Assembly: GCF_009914755.1 (NCBI RefSeq)
Contig: NC_060948.1
DNA from: the human T2T-CHM13v2.0 reference genome, Homo sapiens
DNA: 64,000 nucleotides
Direction: 5' to 3' (one strand)
A program made the position numbers and the translations under genes. Of this stretch, positions 1-14,100 are shown piece by piece; position 1 is the first letter of the stretch; each line of letters begins with the position of its first letter. Below the pieces are notes generated by a model. The model saw only the letters and a program-made list of their open reading frames with translations, was not told where the DNA came from and did no database searches.

Positions 1-3000
1 GAGTCAATTGGAATAGAATCAAATCCAATGGTAACGCATGGTGTGGAATGGAAAGGACTCGAATGGAATGGACGCGAATGGAATGGCATCAAATGGAATG
101 GAATGGAGTGAACTGGAATGAACTGGACCCAAATGTAATGGACTAGAGTGGAATGGACTCAAATAGAATGGACTCAAAACCAACTATCTCGAATGGAATT
201 TATTCGAATAGAATGGAATCAAATGTAATGCAATACTATGGAATGGAATTGAAAGGAATGGAATCGAATGGAATGGACTGGAAAGGAATGGACTGGAATA
301 GAATGGACTCAAATATAATGGATTGCAATGTAATTGATTCAAATGAAACGGAATCGAATGGAATGTAATCAAATTGAATGGAAAGCAATGCAATGTAATG
401 GAATAGAATGGAATGCAACTGAGTGGAACGGAACGGAGTGGAATCGAGTGGAATCGAACCGAGTGGAATGTAATCAAATGGAATAGAATTGATTGGAGTG
501 GACACCAAAGAAATGGACGTGGGAAAAAACGCAATCAAACAGATTGGAATAGAAAGAAACGGAATGGAATGGAATGGAATGGAATGGAATGGAATGGAAT
601 GGAATGGAGTGGAATGGAATGGAATGGAATGGAAAGGACTCGAATTGTGTGGAGTATAATGGATTGGTATGGAATGGAATGAAATTGATGGTAAAGGAAA
701 AATCTTGAATGGAATGGAATGTAAGAGCATGGAATCAAATGGAATGAACTGGAATGGAACACACTGGAATGGAATGCACTGTAATCGAATGGACTCGAAT
801 GAAATGGATATGAATGGAATGGAATGGAATGGAATCTAGTGGATTTGAATGGAATCGAATGGAAAGGATACGAATGGAAAGGAATAGATTGGAAGGAATA
901 GGATGGAAAGGAATAGAATGGAATGGAGACGAATGGAATAGAATCGAATGGTATGGCATCAAGTGGAACGGAATGGAATGGAACGGACTCAAATGTAATG
1001 GACTCGAAAGGAATAGAAATGAACGGAATGGCATTGAATGGAATGGAATGGAATGGACCCAAATGTAATGGACTCGAAGGAATGAATTCAAATAGAATGT
1101 ACTCGCAAAGAGTGGTCTCGATGGGAATTAATTTGAATAGAATCGAATCGAATGGAATGCAATAGAATGCGATGGAATCAAATGGAATGGAACAGAAAGT
1201 AATGGACTGAACTAGAATGGTCTGAAATGTAATGGATTACAATATATTTGATTTGAATGGAATGGAATCGAATGTAATGTAGTCAAAAGAAATTGAATTT
1301 TACACAATGGAATGGAACAGAATGGAATGCAATGGAATGGAAGGGAGTGCAATGGAATGGAATGGAATGGCATGGAATGGAATGGAATGGAATGGAGTGG
1401 TATCTGATGGAATGGAATGGAATGGAGTGGAATGGACTCGAATGGAATTGATTCAAAACGAATGGAATGGATTCAAACCAATAGAATCAAACGGAATGGA
1501 ATCAAATGGAATGGAATTGAATGGAAATGAAACGAATAGAATGTAATGGAGTGTAATGCAAAGATATTGAATGGAATGAAATGGACTCGAATGGAATGGA
1601 ATTTAATGAAATGGACTAGAATGTAATGGACTTCAGTGGAACGGACTCGAATTGAATAGAAACAAATGGAATGCAATGGAGTGAAAGCAAATGAAATGGA
1701 AAGGAATAGAATGGAATGCAATCACACGGAAGGGAATGGAGGTTAAAGGAGTCGAATGGAATAGAATCAAATGTAATGGGATCGATTTGAATAGAATATA
1801 ATTGACTCGAATGGAATGGCATAGAATGGAATGGACTAGAGTGAAATTGACTCGAATCGAATGGACTGGATTGGAATGGACTCGAATGGAATGGAATGGA
1901 TTGGACTCGAATGTAATGGACTGGATTGGAATTTACTCAAATGGAATGGACTGGAGTTGAATGGAATTGAATGGAATCCCAAAGAATGGAATGCAATGCA
2001 ATGGAATGGAATGGAATGGAATGGAATGGAATGGAATGGAACGGAATGGAATGGAATGGACTCAAATATAATGGACTCAAATGCAATGGCCTCAAATAGA
2101 ATGAACTCGAAAGGAATGTTCCAAATGGAGTTTATTCGAATAAAACGGAAAAGAATGTAATGCAATAGTATGCAATGGAATCGAATGAATCCAATCTTAT
2201 GGAATAGAATTGAATGGAAGAGGTTCAAATGAAACGGACTGGAATGGAATGGATTGCAATAGAATGGTCTCGAATGTAAAGGACTGCCATGAAATTGATT
2301 CGAATGGAATGGAACCGAATGGAATCGAATCAAAATGAATGGAATTGAACGCAATGGAATGGAATACAATGGAATGCAATGGAATGGAAAGAGCGGAATC
2401 GAATGGAATGGAATCGAATGAAATGGAATCCCTTGGAATGGACTGAAATGTAATGGACTCGAATGGATTGGACTGGAACAAAATGCAATCAACCAGATTG
2501 GAATCATTTGGAACGTAATGGAATGGAATAGAATGGAACAGAATGTAATATAATGGTCTCGAATGGAATGGATTCGAATGGAATGGAATTGAATGGAATT
2601 TTATGAAATAGAATGCAATTGAAAGGAAAAGAATGGAATGGAGTGTATTGGAAAGAACTCCATTGGAATGGAAAGGAAAGGAATCGAATGGTATGTATTG
2701 GAATTGAACAGACTCCTAGGGAATGGATTAGAGTGGAATGCACACGAAAGGTATGCAAATTAATGGAATCGAAAGGAATGGAATGGAATAGAATGGAATG
2801 GTATTGGATGGAATGGAATGGAATGGAGACAAAATGAATAGAATTGTATGGAATGGTATGGAATGGAATGGAAAGGAATGAACTTGAATGGATTCGAATG
2901 GAATGGAGTCGAATGCAATGGAATCGAATGCAATGGCTTCAAATGGAATGGAATGGTATTTAATGGAATGCAATGGAATGGAATGCAGCCAAATGTAAGG

Positions 3001-6000
3001 GACTCGAATGTAATAGACTCAAAAATGATGGACACGAATGGAAGGAACACGCATGGAATTTTTTCCATTAGAATGGAATTGAATTGTATGCAATAGTATG
3101 GAATGGAATCGAATGGAATGGAATCGAATGGAGTGGACTGGAAAGGAATGGACTGGAATACGTTGGACACGAATGTAATGGATTACAGTGTAATTGTTTC
3201 GAATGCAATGGAATCAAATGGAATGTTATCAAAAGGCATTGAAAGGAACGCAATGGAATGGAATGGAATGGAATGGAATGGAATGGAATGCAATGCAATG
3301 CAATGGAATGGAATGGAGTAGAATCGAGTGGAATGGAATCGAGTGGAATGGAATCGAGTGAATGGAATCGAATGGAATGGAACCGAATGGATCAGAATCG
3401 GATACAATTTACTGGAATGGAATGGACTCGAGTGGAATGGACTGGAATAAAATGAAATTGCATAGATTAGAACAGAATGGAACGAAATGGAACGGAATGG
3501 AATGCAATGGAAAGGAATGGAATGGAATGGAATGGACTCGATGGGAATGGAGTGCAATGGAATGTAATCAAATTGAATGGAATGGAGTAGAAATGAAGTG
3601 AATGGAATGGGAAGGAATAGAATGGAATGGAGTGTAATGGAAATATTTCGAATGGAAAGGAATGGAATGGTATGGACTCGACTGGAATGGACTGGAATGA
3701 AATGGACTCGAATGGAATGGACTGGAGTGGAAGGGAATTGAATGGTACAGAAACGAATAGAACGGAATGGAAAATAATAGAATGGAATGGAATGGAATGG
3801 AATGGAATAGAATCGAATGGAATGGAGTCAAATGGAATAGAATCGAATGGAATGCAATGGAATGGAATGGAATGGAATGCAAAGGACTCGAATAGAATGT
3901 ATTCGAATGGAATTGAATGGATTTGAAAGGCATCGAATGGAATGGAATGGAATGGACACAAATACAATGGACTCGAAGGGAATTGACCCAAATAGAAAGG
4001 ACTCGAAAGGAATGGCATCGAATGGAATTTATTCGAATAGAATGGAATCCAATTGAATGCAATGGGATGGAATGGAATGGAATAGAAAAGAATGGACAGG
4101 AAAGGAATGGACTTGTATGGAAAGGACTAGAATGTAGTGGATTGCAAAGTAAATGGTTCAAATGGAATGGAATCTAATGGAAAGTATTCAAATGGAATTG
4201 AATTGAATGAATCAGATGGGAATACAAAGGAATGCAGGAGAATGGAACGGAGGGGAATTGAGTGGGATGGAATTTTGTGGAATGGAATCCAATGGAATGG
4301 AATCGAATGAAATGGATTCGAATGGAATTGACATCAACAAAATTGAATCGAATGAGTTGGAATCAAATGGAATGGAATGGAATGGAATGGAAAGGAATGG
4401 AATGGAATGGAATGGAATGTACTAAAATGGAATGTAGTAGAATGGAACGGAACTGAATGGAATGGAATCAAATAGAATGGAATTGAATGGAATCGAATGA
4501 AATGGAATGGAATGGAGTGAAATGGAATGATATCGATTGGATTGAAATGGACTCGAATGAAATGGACTGGACTGGAATGGAATGGAATCGAATGGAATGG
4601 ATCTGAACGGAATGGACTGGAAAAGAACGGAATCAAATTTAATGGATTGCAATGTATTTGATTCGAATGTAATGGAATCCAAATTGAATATAATCAAATG
4701 GAATTTAATGGAATGCAAAGGAATGGAATAGAATGGAAAGCAGGGGAAATAAATGGAGTGGAATCGATTCTAATGGAATCGAAAGGAAAGGAGTTGAATG
4801 GAATAGATTCAAATGGAATGGACTCAAATGAAATAGAATTGAGTCGAGTGGCATCAAATGGAATGGAATGGAAAGGAACGGAATAGACCACAAAGTAATG
4901 TACTTAAATGAAATGGACTCAAATAGAATGAAACAAAAAGGAATGTTCTTAAATGGAATTTATTTGAATAGAATGGAATCGAATGGAATTCAATAGTATG
5001 GAATGGAATCGAATGGATGGAGTCAAATGGATTGGACCGGAAAGAAATGGACTCGAATGGAATGGACAGGAATGTATTGGCTTACAATGTAATTGATTCG
5101 AATGGAATGGAACTGAATGGAATGTAATCAAACGGATTGGATGGGAATGCAATGCAATAGAATAGAATGGAATGCAGTGGAATGGAATGGAATGGAATGG
5201 AATCGAGTGAAATGGAATCGAACAGAATGGAATCGAATGGAATGGAATCTATTGGAATGTACTGGAATATAATGGACTCAAATGGATTGGACTGTAACAA
5301 AATGGAATAGAACAGATTGGAATCGAATGGAACAGAATGGAATTGAATGGAATGGACTCGAATAGAATGGAGTCGAGTGGAATGGATTTGAATGGAATGG
5401 AATGAAATAGAATGGAATTGAATGGAATCGATAAGAGGAGAATGCAATGCAGTGTAATGGAAAGAAATCGAATCGAATCGAAGGGAATGGACTCAAATGG
5501 AAAGTGCTGGAATTGAATGGACAAGAATGGAATGGATTGGAGTGCAATGGATGCGAATGAAAATGAAACGAATGGAATGGAATGGAATTGAAAGGAATGG
5601 AATAGAAAGGAAAAGAATGGAATGCAATCCGAAGGAACTTAAGAAATGGAATGATGTGGAATGGAATGGAATGGAATGGAATGGAATGGAATGGAATGGA
5701 ATGGAATGGAATGGAATAGAGTTGAACCAGAATGGAATGGAGTGGAATGGAATGGACAGGAATATATTGCATTGCAGCCTAATTGTTTAAAACGGAATGC
5801 AATCGAATGGAATAGAATGGAATGGAGTGTAATGGAGAGGTATCAAACGGAATGGAATTTAACGGAATGGACTCGAGTGGAATGGACTGGAATGGAATGC
5901 AATCGAATAGAATGGACTGGAATTGAATGCGCTCGAATGGAATAGATAGGATTGGAATGGACACGAATGGAATGGAAAGCAATGGAATGGAATGGAAAGC

Positions 6001-8137
6001 AATAGAATGGAATGGAATTGGATGGAACGAAATGGAATGCAATTGATTTGAGTGGAATAGAATCGAATGGAATGGCATCAACTGGAATGGAATTGAATTG
6101 AATGGACTCGAATGGAATGGATTCGAATACAATATAATCGAATGGAATGGATTCGAATAGAATATAATTGAATGGAATGGCACGTAGTGGAATGGAATGG
6201 ACCCAAATGGAATGGACTCGAATGGAATCGAAAGAAATGTTCCCGAGTGGAATCTATCAGAATAAAATGTTATCGAATGGAATGCAAAAATATGGAATGG
6301 AATCGAATGGAATGCAATCAAATGGAATGGACAGGAATGGAATGGACTGGAAGAGAATGGACTCTAATGTAATGGATTGCAATGTAATTGTTTCGAATAG
6401 AATGTATGTGAATGGAACTTGATCAAGTGGAATGGAATGGAATGCAATGGAATGCTACGGAGTGCAATCAAGTGGAATGCAATCAAATGGAGTGGAATCG
6501 AATGGAATGGAATCCAATGGAAAGGACTGGCATGGAAAGGACTCCAATGGATTGGACTGGAATAAAATGGAACTGAACGGATTGCAATCAAATGGAAAGG
6601 AACGGAATGGAATGAATTGGAATGGAATGGAGTCAAAAGGAAGGGAAACATATGTTATGGAATTGAATTGATATGAAACGAATAGAATGGAATGGAGTGT
6701 AATGGAAAGATGTGGAATGGAATGGAATGGACTCGAATGGAATGGACCAGAATAAAATGGACTCGAATGGATTAGAAAAGAATGGAATGGAATGGAATGC
6801 AACCGAATGTAATGGAAAGGAACAGAATGGAATGGAATCAGATGGAATGGAATGGAAGGGATTGGAGTCGAACAGAATAGAATCAAAAGTAATGGGATCG
6901 ATTGGAATGGAATGGAATGGACTCGATTGGAATGGCATAGAATGGAATGGACTGGAGTGAAATGGAATCGAATGGAATGGAAACGAATGAAATGGAATGG
7001 AATGGAACAGAAACGAACGAAATGGAATGGTATTGAATGGAATGGAGTGGAATGGAATGGAATGGAATGCAATGGAATGGAATAGAATGGAATAGAATCG
7101 GATGGAATGGAATGGAATGCAATGGAGTCGAAAGGAATAAAATCGAAAGGAATGGCATCAAATGGAATGGAATGGACTCGAATGGAATGGACTCGAATGG
7201 AATAGAATTGAAAGAATTGGCATTGAATGGAATGGAATGGAATGGTATGGACCCAAAGGTAATGGATTCGAATTGATTGGACTCATGTAGAATGGACTAT
7301 AAAGAAATTGTTTCGAATGCAATTTATATGACTAAAGTGGAATCGAATGGAAGGCTATAGTATGGAATGGAATCGAATGAAATGGAATCGAATAGAATGG
7401 ACTGGAATGGAATGGACTGGAATAAAATGGAATCGAATGTAATGGATTGCAATGTAACTGATGTGAATGGAATGGAATATAATTGAATGGAATCGAATTC
7501 GAATTGACATAAGAGGAATGGACTGGAATAGTATGGACTCGTATGTAATGGAATGGAATGTAATTGATTCGAAAAGAGTGGAGTTGGATGGAATGTAAGA
7601 AAATAGAATGCAATAGAATGCAAAGTAATGGAATAGAATGGAAAGTAATGGAATGCAAAAGAGAGCAATAGAGTGGAATGTAATCGAATGGAATGGACTG
7701 GAATTGAATGGACTCGAATGCAATGGACTGGAACAAAATTGAATAGAACGGATTGGAATCGAAAGGAATGGAAAGGAATAGAATGGAATCGAATCGACAT
7801 GAATGGAATGGAGTGAAACGGAATGGAATCGAATAGAATGGAATCGAATGGAATGGAATTGAATGGATTCGAAAGGAATAGAATGGAATGGAGTTTAATG
7901 GAAAGATATCGAATGGAATATACTGGAATAGAAAGGAATAAAATGTAACGGATTGTAATGTAATTGATTCGAATGGAATGGAATCGAATGGAATGTAATC
8001 AAATGGAATGGAAAGGAATGCAATGGAATGGTATAGAATGAAGTGCAATGGAATGGAACAGAGTGGAATCGAGTGCAATGGAGTTCAATGGAATGGAATG
8101 GAATGAAAAGGAATGGAATGGAATGCAATGGAATGGA
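1..8137 (+). repeat. 8.6 kb higher-order repeat, copy 1 (5'-truncated by the window edge)
   Basis: The sequence from 1 (GAGTCAATTGGAATAGAATCAAATCC) recurs at 8574 and 17207. Unique islands such as GACACCAAAGAAATGGACGTGGGAAAAAACGC (501) and GACTCCTAGG (2711) recur at a ~8.6 kb offset, and the ORF track repeats (153/8726/17359). Confidence 0.95.
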
Positions 8138-11100
8138 GTAGAATGGAATGCAGTGGAATAAAACGGAGAGGAATCGAGTGGAATGGAGTCAATTGGAATT
8201 CACTGGAACAATCGAATGGATTGGAATCAAACGGAAAGGAATGGAATGGAATGCAATGGAATGGAATCTAAAGGAATGGATTCGAATGGAATGGAATCGA
8301 ATGGAATGGAATTGAATGGAATGGAATTTTATAGAATCAAAAAGAATAGACTGGAATGGAGTGTAATGGAGAATTATCAAATGGAATGTAATGGAAAGGA
8401 TTGGATTCAAATGGAATGGACAGGAATGGAATGGACTCGAATGAAATGGACTAGAGTGGAATGGAAACGAATGGAAGCGAAACGAATGAAATGCAATGGC
8501 ATGGAATGCACTGGAATGGAAACGAAAGGAATAGAATGGAATGGAATCAGATGCAACTGATTGGAAGGGAATGGAGTCAATTGGAATAGAATCAAATCCA
8601 ATGGTAACGCATGGTGTGGAATGGAAAGGACTCGAATGGAATGGACGCGAATGGAATGGCATCGAATGGAATGGAATGGAGTGAACTGGAATGAACTGGA
8701 CCCAAATGTAATGGACTAGAGTGGAATGGACTCAAATAGAATGGACTCAAAACCAACTATCTCGAATGGAATTTATTCGAATAGAATGGAATCAAATGTA
8801 ATGCAATACTATGGAATGGAATTGAAAGGAATGGAATCGAATGGAATGGACTGGAAAGGAATGGACTGGAATAGAATGGACTCAAATATAATGGATTGCA
8901 ATGTAATTGATTCAAATGAAACGGAATCGAATGGAATGTAATCAAATTGAATGGAAAGCAATGCAATATAATGGAATAGAATGGAATGCAACTGAGTGGA
9001 ACGGAACGGAGTGGAATCGAGTGGAATCGAACCGAGTGGAATGTAATCAAATGGAATAGAATTGATTGGAGTGGACACCAAAGAAATGGACGTGGGAAAA
9101 AACGCAATCAAACAGATTGGAATAGAAAGAAACGGAATGGAATGGAATGGAATGGAATGGAATGGAATGGAATGGAATGGAGTGGAATGGAATGGAATGG
9201 AATGGAAAGGACTCGAATTGTGTGGAGTATAATGGATTGGTATGGAATGGAATGAAATTGATGGTAAAGGAAAAATCTTGAATGGAATGGAATGTAAGAG
9301 CATGGAATCAAATGGAATGAACTGGAATGGAACACACTGGAATGGAATGCACTGTAATCGAATGGACTCGAATGAAATGGATATGAATGGAATGGAATGG
9401 AATGGAATCTAGTGGATTTGAATGGAATCGAATGGAAAGGATACGAATGGAAAGGAATAGATTGGAAGGAATAGGATGGAAAGGAATAGAATGGAATGGA
9501 GACGAATGGAATAGAATCGAATGGTATGGCATCAAGTGGAACGGAATGGAATGGAACGGACTCAAATGTAATGGACTCGAAAGGAATAGAAATGAACGGA
9601 ATGGCATTGAATGGAATGGAATGGAATGGACCCAAATGTAATGGACTCGAAGGAATGAATTCAAATAGAATGTACTCGCAAAGAGTGGTCTCGATGGGAA
9701 TTAATTTGAATAGAATCGAATCGAATGGAATGCAATAGAATGCGATGGAATCAAATGGAATGGAACAGAAAGTAATGGACTGAACTAGAATGGTCTGAAA
9801 TGTAATGGATTACAATATATTTGATTTGAATGGAATGGAATCGAATGTAATGTAGTCAAAAGAAATTGAATTTTACACAATGGAATGGAACAGAATGGAA
9901 TGCAATGGAATGGAAGGGAGTGCAATGGAATGGAATGGAATGGCATGGAATGGAATGGAATGGAATGGAGTGGTATCTGATGGAATGGAATGGAATGGAG
10001 TGGAATGGACTCGAATGGAATTGATTCAAAACGAATGGAATGGATTCAAACCAATAGAATCAAACGGAATGGAATCAAATGGAATGGAATTGAATGGAAA
10101 TGAAACGAATAGAATGTAATGGAGTGTAATGCAAAGATATTGAATGGAATGAAATGGACTCGAATGGAATGGAATTTAATGAAATGGACTAGAGTGTAAT
10201 GGACTTCAGTGGAACGGACTCGAATTGAATAGAAACAAATGGAATGCAATGGAGTGAAAGCAAATGAAATGGAAAGGAATAGAATGGAATGCAATCACAC
10301 GGAAGGGAATGGAGGTTAAAGGAGTCGAATGGAATAGAATCAAATGTAATGGGATCGATTTGAATAGAATATAATTGACTCGAATGGAATGGCATAGAAT
10401 GGAATGGACTAGAGTGAAATTGACTCGAATCGAATGGACTGGATTGGAATGGACTCGAATGGAATGGAATGGATTGGACTCGAATGTAATGGACTGGATT
10501 GGAATTTACTCAAATGGAATGGACTGGAGTTGAATGGAATTGAATGGAATCCCAAAGAATGGAATGCAATGCAATGGAATGGAATGGAATGGAATGGAAT
10601 GGAATGGAATGGAATGGAATGGAATGGAATGGACTCAAATATAATGGACTCAAATGCAATGGCCTCAAATAGAATGAACTCGAAAGGAATGTTCCAAATG
10701 GAGTTTATTCGAATAAAACAGAAAAGAATGTAATGCAATAGTATGCAATGGAATCGAATGAATCCAATCTTATGGAATAGAATTGAATGGAAGAGGTTCG
10801 AATGAAACGGACTGGAATGGAATGGATTGCAATAGAATGGTCTCGAATGTAAAGGACTGCCATGAAATTGATTCGAATGGAATGGAACCGAATTGAATCG
10901 AATCAAAATGAATGGAATTGAACGCAATGGAATGGAATACAATGGAATGCAATGGAATGGAAAGAGCGGAATCGAGTGGAATGGAATCGAATGAAATGGA
11001 ATCCATTGGAATGGACTGAAATGTAATGGACTCGAATGGATTGGACTGGAACAAAATGCAATCAACCAGATTGGAATCATTTGGAACGTAATGGAATGGA

Positions 11101-14100
11101 ATAGAATGGAACAGAATGTAATATAATGGTCTCGAATGGAATGGATTCGAATGGAATGGAATTGAATGGAATTTTATGAAATAGAATGCAATTGAAAGGA
11201 AAAGAATGGAATGGAGTGTATTGGAAAGAACTCCATTGGAATGGAAAGGAAAGGAATCGAATGGTATGTATTGGAATTGAACAGACTCCTAGGGAATGGA
11301 TTAGAGTGGAATGCACACGAAAGGTATGCAAATTAATGGAATCGAAAGGAATGGAATGGAATAGAATGGAATGGTATTGGATGGAATGGAATGGAATGGA
11401 GACAAAATGAATAGAATTGTATGGAATGGTATGGAATGGAATGGAAAGGAATGAACTTGAATGGATTCGAATGGAATGGAGTCGAATGCAATGGAATCGA
11501 ATGCAATGGCTTCAAATGGAATGGAATGGTATTTAATGGAATGCAATGGAATGGAATGCAGCCAAATGTAAGGGACTCGAATGTAATAGACTCAAAAATG
11601 ATGGACACGAATGGAAGGAACACGCATGGAATTTTTTCCATTAGAATGGAATTGAATTGTATGCAATAGTATGGAATGGAATCGAATGGAATGGAATCGA
11701 ATGGAGTGGACTGGAAAGGAATGGACTGGAATACGTTGGACACGAATGTAATGGATTACAATGTAATTGTTTCGAATGCAATGGAATCAAATGGAATGTT
11801 ATCAAAAGGCATTGAAAGGAACGCAATGGAATGGAATGGAATGGAATGGAATGGAATGGAATGGAATGGAATGGAATGCAATGCCATACAATGGAATGGA
11901 ATGGAGTAGAATCGAGTGGAATGGAATCGAGTGGAATGGAATCGAGTGAATGGAATCGAATGGAATGGAACCGAATGGATCAGAATCGGATACAATTTAC
12001 TGGAATGGAATGGACTCGAGTGGAATGGACTGGAATAAAATGAAATTGCATAGATTAGAACAGAATGGAACGAAATGGAACGGAATGGAATGCAATGGAA
12101 AGGAATGGAATGGAATGGAATGGACTCGATGGGAATGGAGTGCAATGGAATGTAATCAAATTGAATGGAATGGAGTAGAAATGAAGTGAATGGAATGGGA
12201 AGGAATAGAATGGAATGGAGTGTAATGGAAATATTTCGAATGGGAAGGAATGGAATGGTATGGACTCGACTGGAATGGACTGGAATGAAATGGACTCGAA
12301 TGGAATGGACTGGAGTGGAAGGGAATTGAATGGTACAGAAACGAATAGAACGGAATGGAAAATAATAGAATGGAATGGAATGGAATGGAATGGAATAGAA
12401 TCGAATGGAATGGAGTCAAATGGAATAGAATCGAATGGAATGCAATGGAATGGAATGGAATGGAATGCAAAGGACTCGAATAGAATGTATTCGAATGGAA
12501 TTGAATGGATTTGAAAGGCATCGAATGGAATGGAATGGAATGGAATGGACACAAATACAATGGACTCGAAGGGAATTGACCCAAATAGAAAGGACTCGAA
12601 AGGAATGGCATCGAATGGAATTTATTCGAATAGAATGGAATCCAATTGCATGCAATGGGATGGAATGGAATGGAATAGAAAAGAATGGACAGGAAAGGAA
12701 TGGACTTGTATGGAAAGGACTAGAATGTAGTGGATTGCAAAGTAAATGGTTCAAATGGAATGGAATCTAATGGAAAGTATTCAAATGGAATTGAATTGAA
12801 TGAATCAGATGGGAATACAAAGGAATGCAGGAGAATGGAACGGAGGGGAATTGAGTGGGATGGAATTTTGTGGAATGGAATCCAATGGAATGGAATCGAA
12901 TGAAATGGATTCGAATGGAATTGACATCAACAAAATTGAATCGAATGAGTTGGAATCAAATGGAATGGAATGGAATGGAATGGAAAGGAATGGAATGGAA
13001 TGGAATGGAATGTACTAAAATGGAATGTAGTAGAATGGAACGGAACTGAATGGAATGGAATCAAATAGAATGGAATTGAATGGAATCGAATGAAATGGAA
13101 TGGAATGGAGTGAAATGGAATGATATCGATTGGATTGAAATGGACTCGAATGAAATGGACTGGACTGGAATGGAATGGAATCGAATGGAATGGATCTGAA
13201 CGGAATGGACTGGAAAAGAACGGAATCAAATTTAATGGATTGCAATGTATTTGATTCGAATGTAATGGAATCCAAATTGAATATAATCAAATGGAATTTA
13301 ATGGAATGCAAAGGAATGGAATAGAATGGAAAGCAGGGGAAATAAATGGAGTGGAATCGATTCTAATGGAATCGAAAGGAAAGGAGTTGAATGGAATAGA
13401 TTCAAATGGAATGGACTCAAATGAAATAGAATTGAGTCGAGTGGCATCAAATGGAATGGAATGGAAAGGAACGGAATAGACCACAAAGTAATGTACTTAA
13501 ATGAAATGGACTCAAATAGAATGAAACAAAAAGGAAAGTTCTTAAATGGAATTTATTTGAATAGAATGGAATCGAATGGAATTCAATAGTATGGAATGGA
13601 ATCGAATGGATGGAGTCAAATGGATTGGACCGGAAAGAAATGGACTCGAATGGAATGGACAGGAATGTATTGGCTTACAATGTAATTGATTCGAATGGAA
13701 TGGAACTGAATGGAATGTAATCAAACGGATTGGATGGGAATGCAATGCAATAGAATAGAATGGAATGCAGTGGAATGGAATGGAATGGAATGGAATCGAG
13801 TGAAATGGAATCGAACAGAATGGAATCGAATGGAATGGAATCTATTGGAATGTACTGGAATATAATGGACTCAAATGGATTGGACTGTAACAAAATGGAA
13901 TAGAACAGATTGGAATCGAATGGAACAGAATGGAATTGAATGGAATGGACTCGAATAGAATGGAGTCGAGTGGAATGGATTTGAATGGAATGGAATGAAA
14001 TAGAATGGAATTGAATGGAATCGATAGGAGGAGAATGGAATGCAGTGTAATGGAAAGAAATCGAATCGAATTGAAGGGAATGGACTCAAATGGAAAGTGC

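Noticed and set aside
501-2762. Non-pentamer islands (501-543, 2701-2762) as possible transposon fragments or insertions
   Set aside because: They are short, lack target-site duplications, poly-A tails and terminal repeats, and still roughly align with the expected monomer modules.
3446-3451. AATAAA polyadenylation-like hexamers (also at 6261 and many other places)
   Set aside because: They arise easily by mutation of GAATAGAAT/GAATGGAAT, and there is no gene context or downstream GU-rich element.
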